Assembly: GCA_027365475.1 (NCBI GenBank)
Contig: DAHXNI010000080.1
Coordinates: 69,490 to 133,489 of the forward strand
Origin: Pseudomonadota bacterium
Lineage (GTDB): Bacteria; Pseudomonadota; Gammaproteobacteria; JAKAQQ01
DNA length: 64,000 bases
Direction: 5' to 3'
In this document: positions 51,148 through 60,466 of the stretch, in pieces
Layout of the letters: every line of letters begins with the position of its first letter
How positions within the stretch are numbered: position 1 is the first letter of the stretch
Position numbers and translations under genes: made by a program
The notes under the pieces: model-generated
Database searches by the model: none
What the model saw: the letters and a program-made list of their open reading frames with translations, nothing else
Told to the model about the DNA's origin: nothing

Positions 51148-52337
51148 ACCCGCGGGGACAGTCGTCAGCCGGTTGTGCTCCGGTGGCCATTGCCGGGAGT
51201 GGCCCGGTGGCCCGTCTTCTCGCGTGTTTTCTTGCTCAAGATGGCCACCCCGTGGTTCTTTTGGATCATCTGCCCAACGCTCCGGAAACCGAGGATACGC
51301 GACTTTATGCACTCTCTCCCCTGAGTCTCCAGATTCTCGAAACGCACGGTCTTTATTCCGAGCTCGGGCCCAAACGCTGCCGGGTCTTTTCCGATCTCGA
51401 GATCTGGGTTTACCATGAGCCGACCCGGGTTCGTTTCTCAGCTTCCGACATCGGGGGTTTTCTGCTCGGCGGCCTGGTCTATGCGCGCGATCTCAATCGG
51501 GTGCTCATGGAACGCGTGTCCGAACTCGGTATTCCCACGCACCGGTTCGATCCGGATCAACTTGAGCGAACGTCTCAGGGATGGGTGATCGGGACTGGAG
51601 ATGCGGCGTTTCAGGCGTCGCTCCTCGTCGTGGCGGAAGGCAGCCATTCGAGACTGCGCGAACGGTTCAGGATCCCGGTCGAGACACGGGATTATGGAGA
51701 AGAGGCCCTGACGTTTGGGCTTGCGACCGAGCATGATCTCGGGTCGACTCCAAGACAGGTTTTTACTCCCTGGGGTCCGCTGGGTCTCCTGCCGGCTCCG
51801 GATGGCACGCTCTCAGGCGTCTGGTCGATGCCGGCCGTGCGAGCGCGGGAGTGGCTCAATCGGTCGGCTCCCTCCTTCGAGGCACTCCTTTCTGAAGCAA
51901 CCGAGGGGATGGGCGGCCGCCTATCGCTTTTGGCACCTCCTCGTTCGTTTCCACTGCGTTGCCTCCATGCGCAGACCTATGTCGGCGATCGTCTGGCACT
52001 TGCGGGTGATGCCGCGCATGTGATCCATCCTTTCGCAGGACAGGGGCTCAACCTGGGTTTCCTGGATGCGTGTGCGCTTGCGGATGACCTCAAGCGCTCT
52101 GGGGACGGGAGCGAGGCAGCGCTCCGCAGGGTGCTCATGCGCTATGACCGGCGTCGCCGGAGGGAGAACCAGAAATTCCTTCTGGCCCTTGAGGGGGTGC
52201 GGATGCTCTTTCGGAAACCGGATCTCTTGGGATTGCGAGCGCTCATGCTCGGTGCACTCGCGCAGGTCGCTTTGTTGCGTCGGCCCTGGGTCCGGCGTGC
52301 CACGGGCTCGCAGGGCCGTCGCCTCTTGGTGCCATGA
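51135..52337 (+). CDS. ubiI: 2-polyprenylphenol hydroxylase (UbiI/VisC-type FAD monooxygenase)
   Basis: VAIAGSGPVARLLACFLAQDGHPVVLLD FAD motif; ...HPFAGQGLNLGFLDA; GTG start overlapping ubiH by 13 nt (tentative). Confidence 0.8.
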   Translation: MEPLNPRGQSSAGCAPVAIAGSGPVARLLACFLAQDGHPVVLLDHLPNAPETEDTRLYALSPLSLQILETHGLYSELGPKRCRVFSDLEIWVYHEPTRVRFSASDIGGFLLGGLVYARDLNRVLMERVSELGIPTHRFDPDQLERTSQGWVIGTGDAAFQASLLVVAEGSHSRLRERFRIPVETRDYGEEALTFGLATEHDLGSTPRQVFTPWGPLGLLPAPDGTLSGVWSMPAVRAREWLNRSAPSFEALLSEATEGMGGRLSLLAPPRSFPLRCLHAQTYVGDRLALAGDAAHVIHPFAGQGLNLGFLDACALADDLKRSGDGSEAALRRVLMRYDRRRRRENQKFLLALEGVRMLFRKPDLLGLRALMLGALAQVALLRRPWVRRATGSQGRRLLVP

Positions 52338-55054
52338 AGGGGATCCGGGATACTCGACCGGAGGTCACGCGCGTCCCCGCCCCAGTTCCCACGGCGGAGC
52401 GGGGGGGCACTTGGCTCGTTCCGACACAACGACTGAGACGAGTACTTCTCTCCGAGGAGTGGGCCGGTCAGCGCGCAGCCGGATTCCGTGTGGCCGAAAT
52501 GCCGAACATCTTTTTGCCCGAAAGCTTCGCAGCCTGGCACTGGGAACGGTACGATCATGTGAAACCCTGCATGCCACCCGGAGGCGATCACCTGTTCTGG
52601 ATGGATGCGGCATCCGATCTCGATCCCGGGATCGACTCCAAACGCGCGCGTGGGCTCGCCGCCTTGGCCGCAGAAGCTTTTGCCCTCGAGTGCGCCTGGG
52701 AGATCACCGATGACGATTGGGGGAGTGAGGTATCCGAAGACGCAGGCCAGTATGTTGCGTTAAGAAAGCGCTTTCTCTCGCATCTTTGTGAGACCGGGTT
52801 TGAATCCCGGCAATCCCTCTTCAATCATCTGGTTGCGGATATCGAGTCCGGGGCCAGGGGGCGTGTGGAGGGCCTTCTGGCTTTTCAGGGTTTTGACGAA
52901 GTCACGCCACTCGAACTCCATCTGGGCAGAGCCTGGCAGGCACAAGGGGGCGAGTGGCGCGAGATCCCGGTGGAGGCACGTACCCTCGAGCGCGCCAGCG
53001 TGTTGGCCTTTCCCGACCGGGAAGCCGAACTCTATGCGGCCGCGCAATTCGCCCGAAAGAGTCTCCTTGAAAATCCCAGTCAGCGTGTTGGGGTGATCGT
53101 GCTCGGACTCAAACGGCTGCGGGCGAGTGTGCGCGCCATCTTCGACGATGTGCTCGCTCCACCCCGGCTGACAGAACAGGACGGGATAGATGAGCGTCCC
53201 TACAACCTCAGTCTGGGTGAGCCGCTCCGGAACTACCCGCTCGTCGAAGCCGCACTCGACATTCTCGACCGCGCAGGTATCGCCCGATCGCCCGTGGGAT
53301 TGAGCCGCCTTTTGAGGAGCCCCTACTGGGGTGACCCCACAGAGGATGGCCCCCTCCGCTTTGCCTGCGACTGCGCCTTACGCGAGCGCGGACGCAATGG
53401 AGATACCGGCTGGGATCTGCCCGCTCCGTTTGAGGCCGGTCCTGAGAACTTCCGTCGGATCTGGTCGCAATCCGGCGCCCGGTTGGTTGCCTCCCAACTG
53501 GATGAGGCTCACCCCCTGTCCCACTGGATCAGCCTCTGGTCCGCTTTGTTGGGGGATTTTGGCTGGCCCGGCGCGCGACCGCTCGACTCGATCGAGTACC
53601 AAGCGCATAGAGCCTGGAACGAGGTACTCGAGGAGATTGCACGACTCGCTGCGCTGCCACGCCGCTGGCGTTTTTCGGACTTCCGGCTTTTTGTGACCGA
53701 AGCGCTGGGCGAGCGCCTCTTCCAGCCCGAGACGCCGCAAAGCCCGATCGAGATCATGGGCCCGCTTGAGACGGCGGGGCTCAATTTCGACCGGATCTGG
53801 GTTGTCGGGGCAGAAGCCCACACCTGGCCTCCCGAGCCGCATCCCCACCCCTTTCTGCCCTACGCGCTCCAGAGGCAGCGTGGCCTGCCACACGCGAGCA
53901 GCATGCGGGAGTTCCAGTTCAACGAAAGGCTTCTGGCACGCTGGCAGGCATCGACCACGGAAATGGTCGTGAGTTTTACATGCCGCGAAGATGACCGGGA
54001 TCTCGATCCGTCGCCACTGCTCACCCGTTGGCCCGCCCCGGAACCGGGCCCGATCGTTCGAGGCGGGTTTCGTCGCCAAGCCCGAGGCCAGGATCTCCCG
54101 CCTGATGTGGTTCCGTTTACCGAACCGGTTGCGCTCGGCGCAACCGAGATACGGGGCGGCATCCGTTTTCTTAAAGACCAGGCGGCTTGTCCGTTTCAGG
54201 GGTTCGCCGAACACCGACTCCGGGCGGACGTTCTTCCCCCTTGGCGCCTGCCCTTTGATCCCAAGGTGCGGGGTCTTTTCCTCCATGACATGCTCGAGCG
54301 GATCTGGAAGACCTTGCGCACGTATCACCCTGACCTCTGGGATTGGGAGCAGGTCCGGGTCACGATCGCGCAGGCGGTCGATGCCTCACTGGATCAGGAT
54401 CCCGCGGGTGGGCCGCTCAGCCAGATGCTCAGAAAGACGCTTCGTCCAAGCTTTATCGAATGGATCGAAACCTGGTTTTTGGACCACGAATGCCGACGCC
54501 AGGAAAGCTTCGAGATCATGACCGAACAGGATGCAACCCTCACACTCGCGGGCCTGCGTTTTCGTTGCCGCGCGGATCGCATCGAACGGCTTGCGGATGG
54601 AACGCTCGTCATTGTGGATTACAAAACGGGGCAACCTCCGCCCGTGAAGCGATGGATGGGGGATCGCCCCTTGGAACCCCAACTTTCGGTTTACGCACTG
54701 GCCTGGCCGTCAGCCCGGGCACTGCTTGTGGCCAGCCTCAAACCCGGATGGATGGGATATGCCGGCGTGGCCGCGCAGGCGGATTTCCTTCCCGGTTCGG
54801 GCCCGATTGAAACCATCGCCGACTGGAGTATCCAGCAGAACCATTGGCGACAGGCACTCGAGCATCTGGCCCGAGAGATCCAAGCCGGCCGCAATGACCT
54901 CGATCCGCACGGGGATCCGGATCTCCCGTGTGATCGATGTGCCTATCCCGCGCTCTGCCGTCTTCAGGAAACCCGGATCGCGGCGGATACGGGGATCGGT
55001 GAGGCAGATTCCAGCCATGAGGCGCGCGATGCGTCCGGTACAGAAAACACCTGA
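52334..55054 (+). CDS. AddB-like subunit of a helicase-nuclease complex (inactivated helicase-like N-terminus, C-terminal PD-(D/E)XK nuclease with Cys cluster)
   Basis: C-terminal ...LVIVDYKTGQPP... and CDRCAYPALC cysteine cluster typical of AddB Fe-S nuclease domain; 906 aa; ATGA overlap with ubiI; immediately followed by AddA-like gene. Confidence 0.7.
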   Translation: MKGIRDTRPEVTRVPAPVPTAERGGTWLVPTQRLRRVLLSEEWAGQRAAGFRVAEMPNIFLPESFAAWHWERYDHVKPCMPPGGDHLFWMDAASDLDPGIDSKRARGLAALAAEAFALECAWEITDDDWGSEVSEDAGQYVALRKRFLSHLCETGFESRQSLFNHLVADIESGARGRVEGLLAFQGFDEVTPLELHLGRAWQAQGGEWREIPVEARTLERASVLAFPDREAELYAAAQFARKSLLENPSQRVGVIVLGLKRLRASVRAIFDDVLAPPRLTEQDGIDERPYNLSLGEPLRNYPLVEAALDILDRAGIARSPVGLSRLLRSPYWGDPTEDGPLRFACDCALRERGRNGDTGWDLPAPFEAGPENFRRIWSQSGARLVASQLDEAHPLSHWISLWSALLGDFGWPGARPLDSIEYQAHRAWNEVLEEIARLAALPRRWRFSDFRLFVTEALGERLFQPETPQSPIEIMGPLETAGLNFDRIWVVGAEAHTWPPEPHPHPFLPYALQRQRGLPHASSMREFQFNERLLARWQASTTEMVVSFTCREDDRDLDPSPLLTRWPAPEPGPIVRGGFRRQARGQDLPPDVVPFTEPVALGATEIRGGIRFLKDQAACPFQGFAEHRLRADVLPPWRLPFDPKVRGLFLHDMLERIWKTLRTYHPDLWDWEQVRVTIAQAVDASLDQDPAGGPLSQMLRKTLRPSFIEWIETWFLDHECRRQESFEIMTEQDATLTLAGLRFRCRADRIERLADGTLVIVDYKTGQPPPVKRWMGDRPLEPQLSVYALAWPSARALLVASLKPGWMGYAGVAAQADFLPGSGPIETIADWSIQQNHWRQALEHLAREIQAGRNDLDPHGDPDLPCDRCAYPALCRLQETRIAADTGIGEADSSHEARDASGTENT

Positions 55055-58000
55055 TCTCTTAAAGCAGGACCGGGACGCGCGCGAGTGCGCGCGCGATCCC
55101 CATCTCTCCTGTCTGGTGCAGGCTCCGGCCGGTTCAGGCAAGACCACACTGCTGGTCGATCGTTATCTCAGACTGCTCGAGCTGGTGGCCCAACCGGAGG
55201 AGGTCCTCGCGCTCACATTCACCCGCAAGGCACAGGCGGAAATGACGCACCGGGTCTGGCGCGCGCTTCTCGATGAAAATCCGGATGGCGTATTCGGAGA
55301 TCTGCCGAAGCGGGTCAGGCTCCGCAGCGAAAGACAGGGCTGGCAGCTCGAACGGCTGCCCGAGCGGCTTCGCATCATGACGCTCGATGGTTTTGCACTG
55401 AGCCTGATCCAGAGAATGCCCTGGTCGGCTGCAGGAGGGCAGGTGCCTGAACCCACCGAAGAGGCCCAGGCACTCTACCTTGAGGCCGCCCGCCGGGTGA
55501 TCGAAGATCTTCTCACCGAACGTGACTACCGGCCGGCCATCGGCGCCTGGCTGCATGAGACGGGTGGGGATCCAGAGGCATTGGTTGGGCTGCTTGTCTC
55601 GATGCTGGGCTGTCGCGAGCAGTGGCAGGGTCTCGTGTTTGATGTCGGCAGTCGTCCCGACTGGAGTCAGAAGCTGCTTGATGCCAAAAGCCGGATCATC
55701 GCACGGGCGCTTGCGCGCTGTGAGGCGGTCATTTCCGGCGAGCGCTTCGAAGCGTGGTCGAAGCTTGCTCAGGCTGTGGTGCAATACCGGGTGGATACCG
55801 GGCTCGATCCGGAGACTTGCCACCACCGGGAGGGTGTTCAACCGGCCAGTGCCGGAGCGTGGGAAAACCCGGTCTGGGAAAGGCGGTGCGCTTACCGCAC
55901 GATCACTCGGGTGTTGCTCACCCAGGATGGAAAGCTGCGCAAACCCCGCGGGCTCCATATGCTCTTGGGCCGGAAAAGATCCCAGGATGCCCGTCAGGAT
56001 GCGCTGCGAGAAGCGTTGCTGGCCTCGCTTGCTGTTCTGGAAGACAACCCAGGATTCAGGTCGGCACTGGAGGAGATGTCGAATCTTCCGGATGCGCCCG
56101 AAGCGGAGACCCCGCTTCTTGAAGACCTGATGATCGTCCTCGCGCGCACGCTCTATCATCTTCAGGCGGTTTTTCATGAGACGGGAAAAGTTGACTTCGC
56201 GGAGATCACGTTCCTCGCGCGCAAGGCACTCGGTTCGGATTCCCCGACCGACCTGGCTTTGGCGCTCGACTACCGGATCCAACATCTCCTGATCGACGAG
56301 TTTCAAGACACGAGCATCGCGCACTTCACGCTCATCCAGAATCTCATGAGAGGCTGGGAGATGGGGGACGGGCACACATTTTTCGCCGTGGGCGATCCCA
56401 TGCAATCGATCTACCGTTTCCGTCAGGCTGAGGTGGGAGTCTTCCTCAACTGTCGCGAGATGGGTATTGCGGGTTTACCGCTCACCCCGGCCATCCTGCA
56501 CGACAACTACCGGAGTCACCCGGATCTCGTCTCTTGGCTGAATGGGACTTTCATGCGAATCTTCCCGGATCGGGACGAACGCGAAACCGGCGTCGTGTGC
56601 TATGTCCCGGCCAGGAGCGGACGCGCAGATCGGAGTGAGCAGCCGGTCGCGGTGTCTCATCGGCTGGCGGGCCACGATCCCCGGCTCAAGGCGCAGGTGG
56701 TCGTCGATCTCATCCGTCACGAGCGCGCAAACGAACCCGAAGCGCGGATTGCGGTTCTGTTCCACGCGCATCGGGATGCGACGCCGATTGCTGAACTTCT
56801 GCGCGCCGAGTCGATTCCATTCAGAGGACTGGATCTCGAGCCGCTCATGGCGTTCGGGGTGAGTCAGGATCTCCTGATGCTCGCCGCGGCGCTTTTGCAC
56901 CCGGGGGACCGGCGCGCTTGGCTCGCTGTGCTCAGGGGACCTTGTGTCGGCCTGTCGATGGGGGATCTTGCCGCCGTTGCGCAAGCTGTCCCGTCGGTGC
57001 TCCACCCGGACCGCTGGGGCCCCGATCTTCCCGGATTGAGTGAACCCGGCCGCGCACGGCTCCGGCGCATCGTGCCGATTCTGAGGCGTGGTTTTGACCG
57101 GCTCGCCCGTACGGTCGATTTCCGTCACACCCTCGAGGCGACCTGGATCGCGCTGGGCGGCCCCGCGACGCTCAAGACGGATTTCGACCGTGCGCTTGCC
57201 GAGCGCTTCTGGAGTGCGCTCGACGAGCTTTCCCCAGATGAACTGCGTGCCGACCCACTCGTGCTGGCTCAAGCGATGGAGCGTCTCACGGCTCCTCTCG
57301 AAGCCCAGGTGGAAGATCCCCGCCTCGAGTTGCTCACGATCCACCGGGCCAAGGGTCTCGAGTGGGATATTGTCATCCTGGCCGGATTGGATCACGGGGT
57401 GCCCCCCAAGGAGCGGAGCCTTCTCCGCTGGCTTGAGGAGATGGGTCCAGACGGAACCGAAGTCGTTCTCGCGACCCGTGATCGGGTAAAACCCCCATCC
57501 GGTGAGGTCAGCTGGTATGCGTATCTGCGCACCCTCGAGCAGGCGAAGGATCGAGAGGAAAGGATCCGTCTGGCCTATGTTGCAGCCACCCGGGCGCGAG
57601 AGCGGGTTCACCTCATTGCAGAAGGTGGCGACCCCGATCTGCCCTTCAAATCCCGTTCGGGGTCGCTTGCGGAAGTGTTCGGTTTCCTGTTCACGGATTC
57701 CTCCCGCCCCGTCCCGGAAAGCGCTCGGGAAGGGGGATCGGCTGATACCCGTGTTCCCGCGATGCGCGAGGTGTTACCCCCTGATTTTCGGGCGATCGCC
57801 TATCCGGCCCCGCTCCTCGCTACACGAGAAACAGACGGACTGATCCGAGAGCCCATCCGCCCGGTCTTCGATTGGGCGGAATCCGAGAGCCGTATGCAGG
57901 GTTTGCTGCTACACGAGCTATTTGACCATATCGCACGGAACGGTTTCGAAGGTGCAGCGCCCTGGATTCAGCCGGGAGCAGGCGCCCAGAACCGATGGTG

Positions 58001-58412
58001 CCGGAGACTGTCTGAACTCGGGATGCCATCTGAGCGTCTTGCGGCGTCGGTCACCGATATCGGGCGCATGCTGGAGCGTATTCTCGCGGATCCCGATGCG
58101 CGCTGGATCCTGGGCCCGCACTCCTGGGCGGCTTCCGAGCTTGCGCTGCACGGACTCGACGGAACCGAAAGAGTTGCCGTGCGCATTGACCGGTTGTTCC
58201 GGGACGAGCGTGGCGTGCTCTGGATTGTCGACTATAAACTCGGCCGTCACGAGGGTCAGGATCCCCAAGCCTTTCTGGCGCGCGAGGAGGAGCGCTATCG
58301 TCCCCAGCTTGAGCGTTATGCGCGTCTCATCCGTGAGCAGGATGGCGGACCACTCGAAACCGGGCTCTATTTCTTGTATCCCGCCTGCTTCAGAAAGGTG
58401 CGTCTCGAGTGA
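55017..58412 (+). CDS. AddA/RecB-like UvrD-family helicase with C-terminal PD-(D/E)XK nuclease
   Basis: VQAPAGSGKTTLL Walker A; ...IDEFQDTS Walker B; ...VGDPMQSIYRFR; C-terminal ...LWIVDYKLG nuclease motif; ~1130 aa. Confidence 0.8.
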   Translation: MRRAMRPVQKTPDLLKQDRDARECARDPHLSCLVQAPAGSGKTTLLVDRYLRLLELVAQPEEVLALTFTRKAQAEMTHRVWRALLDENPDGVFGDLPKRVRLRSERQGWQLERLPERLRIMTLDGFALSLIQRMPWSAAGGQVPEPTEEAQALYLEAARRVIEDLLTERDYRPAIGAWLHETGGDPEALVGLLVSMLGCREQWQGLVFDVGSRPDWSQKLLDAKSRIIARALARCEAVISGERFEAWSKLAQAVVQYRVDTGLDPETCHHREGVQPASAGAWENPVWERRCAYRTITRVLLTQDGKLRKPRGLHMLLGRKRSQDARQDALREALLASLAVLEDNPGFRSALEEMSNLPDAPEAETPLLEDLMIVLARTLYHLQAVFHETGKVDFAEITFLARKALGSDSPTDLALALDYRIQHLLIDEFQDTSIAHFTLIQNLMRGWEMGDGHTFFAVGDPMQSIYRFRQAEVGVFLNCREMGIAGLPLTPAILHDNYRSHPDLVSWLNGTFMRIFPDRDERETGVVCYVPARSGRADRSEQPVAVSHRLAGHDPRLKAQVVVDLIRHERANEPEARIAVLFHAHRDATPIAELLRAESIPFRGLDLEPLMAFGVSQDLLMLAAALLHPGDRRAWLAVLRGPCVGLSMGDLAAVAQAVPSVLHPDRWGPDLPGLSEPGRARLRRIVPILRRGFDRLARTVDFRHTLEATWIALGGPATLKTDFDRALAERFWSALDELSPDELRADPLVLAQAMERLTAPLEAQVEDPRLELLTIHRAKGLEWDIVILAGLDHGVPPKERSLLRWLEEMGPDGTEVVLATRDRVKPPSGEVSWYAYLRTLEQAKDREERIRLAYVAATRARERVHLIAEGGDPDLPFKSRSGSLAEVFGFLFTDSSRPVPESAREGGSADTRVPAMREVLPPDFRAIAYPAPLLATRETDGLIREPIRPVFDWAESESRMQGLLLHELFDHIARNGFEGAAPWIQPGAGAQNRWCRRLSELGMPSERLAASVTDIGRMLERILADPDARWILGPHSWAASELALHGLDGTERVAVRIDRLFRDERGVLWIVDYKLGRHEGQDPQAFLAREEERYRPQLERYARLIREQDGGPLETGLYFLYPACFRKVRLE

Positions 58413-58600
58413 ATGATCGGGGTGGTTCGCTTCAGCGAAGTGTCCGGTTGTCTCCGAGGGGATCTTCCATGCGTTCGTATGGTGCAAGGATCCGTTACCG
58501 CGTTGTGACGGGATCCGGTATCGGTCGCCCCGAGTTGGTGCGCAGAGCACAATTCGGCGAAAATGCGTGCACCCGCCTACCTTGAAACCCGCGATCCCAG

Positions 58601-60211
58601 ATGTCATCCGTCCTGACCCCCACCACAGAGGGAATGATCGAACGGCCCGCTCCGAGTTTCTGGGCGATTGCGCCCGTGGTAGCGGTTGCGGCGTTCATGG
58701 AAGTTCTGGATCTGTCGATCGCAAACGTTGCGCTCCTCCATATCGCAGGCAGCCTCTCCGCTTCCCAGGATCAGGCCACCTGGGTGCTCACGGCCTATAC
58801 CGTCACCAACGCCATCATCTTGCCACTGAGCGGATGGCTGGCCACCACCCTTGGCCGCAAACGCTATTTTATGGGCAGCATTGGTACCTTCAGTCTGGCC
58901 TCGCTTCTCTGCGGGCTTGCTCCGAGCCTTGGAGCCCTGGTATTTTTCCGTGCCCTGCAGGGGCTCGTGGGCGGCGGATTGCAGCCCAATGCGCAGGCGA
59001 TTCTCTCGGATGCCGCCCCGCCCGAGAAGCGTGGCATGGCGTTTGCGCTCTACGGCATGGCCGTCGTTCTTGCACCCGCGATCGGCCCCACACTCGGCGG
59101 TTGGATCACCTACCACATGAACTGGCGCTGGGTTTTTCTGATCAACGTTCCTGTGGGGATTTTGCTGCTGCCTTTCATCAAGGCACTGGTCCGTGATCCG
59201 CCACATCTCGTCCAGGCGCGCCGAGCCCGTAGAGCCCAGGGCTTGAAACTGGACTACATCGGATTCAGCCTGATTGCCTTGGGGCTCGGCTGTTTGCAGA
59301 TCGTACTGGACCGGGGTCAGCAGAACGACTGGTTCGCCTCCACCCTGATCCTCGCCATGACGGGGCTCGCAGCCGTGACACTCGTCGGATTCGTGGTTTG
59401 GGAATGGACCCGGAGCGACCCGATCGTCGATCTTCATTTATTGAAGAACCCCACTTTCGCGGTTGCCAATCTGCTCATGTTCATGCTGGGATTCGTGCTC
59501 CTCGGGACGACCGTCCTGCTGCCCCTCTATGTCCAGTCCCTCATGGGATATACCCCGGTCCAGGCCGGTCTCATGCTGTCCCCGGGCGGGCTCGCCATCC
59601 TGTTTCTCATGCCCGTCGTGGGTCATCTGGTGTCCCGTGTCGATGCGCGCTGGCTGATCAGCGCAGGATTCCTGATCATCGGCGTGGCCATGCTGCTCAT
59701 GACCCGCTTCGATACCGAAACCGGATTCCAGACCATCATGTGGACGCGTGTCTTGCAGGCCAGTGGCATGGCGTTCCTCTTCATTCCGATCAATACAGTG
59801 GCTTTTGCGGCCATTGATTCCGCTAAATCCAGCAATGCCTCGGCTATCATCAACATGTCGCGCAACATCGGGGGCAGTTTCGGCATTTCCATTGCCATCA
59901 CCCTGCTCGCCCGGGGGGCGCAAATTCATCAAAACCGGCTGATTGGGCGGGTGACATCCGTGAGCCCAGCCCTCCGTTCCTATGTTGCCACGGTGCGCAA
60001 TCATCTTGCGGCGCATGGACACGGTGGGATCGCCTCCGCCGGTGAGGCGATGGGATTTCTCTATCAGACCGTGGTCAAACAGTCCACCATGCTGGCTTAT
60101 ATCGATGATTTCAGGTTTCTCGGAGTGGTCTCAATCCTCCTCATTCCTTCTGTTTTTTTCCTGCGGCGCAGCAATGACGCGCGCACCGCACCCCCTGGCA
60201 GCGTGCATTGA
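58601..60211 (+). CDS. MFS transporter, DHA2/EmrB family (14 TM) multidrug efflux
   Basis: FMEVLDLSIANVALLHIAGSL...WVLTAYTVTNAI...LSGWLATTLGRKR EmrB/QacA signatures; 536 aa. Confidence 0.85.
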   Translation: MSSVLTPTTEGMIERPAPSFWAIAPVVAVAAFMEVLDLSIANVALLHIAGSLSASQDQATWVLTAYTVTNAIILPLSGWLATTLGRKRYFMGSIGTFSLASLLCGLAPSLGALVFFRALQGLVGGGLQPNAQAILSDAAPPEKRGMAFALYGMAVVLAPAIGPTLGGWITYHMNWRWVFLINVPVGILLLPFIKALVRDPPHLVQARRARRAQGLKLDYIGFSLIALGLGCLQIVLDRGQQNDWFASTLILAMTGLAAVTLVGFVVWEWTRSDPIVDLHLLKNPTFAVANLLMFMLGFVLLGTTVLLPLYVQSLMGYTPVQAGLMLSPGGLAILFLMPVVGHLVSRVDARWLISAGFLIIGVAMLLMTRFDTETGFQTIMWTRVLQASGMAFLFIPINTVAFAAIDSAKSSNASAIINMSRNIGGSFGISIAITLLARGAQIHQNRLIGRVTSVSPALRSYVATVRNHLAAHGHGGIASAGEAMGFLYQTVVKQSTMLAYIDDFRFLGVVSILLIPSVFFLRRSNDARTAPPGSVH

Positions 60212-60466
60212 ATAGGGGGCGGGTGCTCGATACCGCGTTTTCTGGATGCCCTGCGGCGGGCTTGGGGACAAGCGGGTTGTCCCTGGACGTTGCGTACCCC
60301 CTCGTAGGACCAGAGCCTGTTGCGATGCTCGCGGCTCGCTCAAAAAAGTTGTCATGCGCTGAACGCAATGCTCCAGCGGCCCCAAGGATGAACAGGGAAC
60401 GGTCTCGCGATCGGGCTGCTTTCCGGTAAACTGTGGCCCCCAAGTTTGGGAACCAAAGAGCGCCAT

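Noticed and set aside
50617-51312. 231-aa minus-strand ORF, and 50265-50813 minus-strand ORF
   Set aside because: Antisense to ubiH/ubiI.
58604-59437. 277-aa minus-strand ORF
   Set aside because: Antisense to the MFS transporter.
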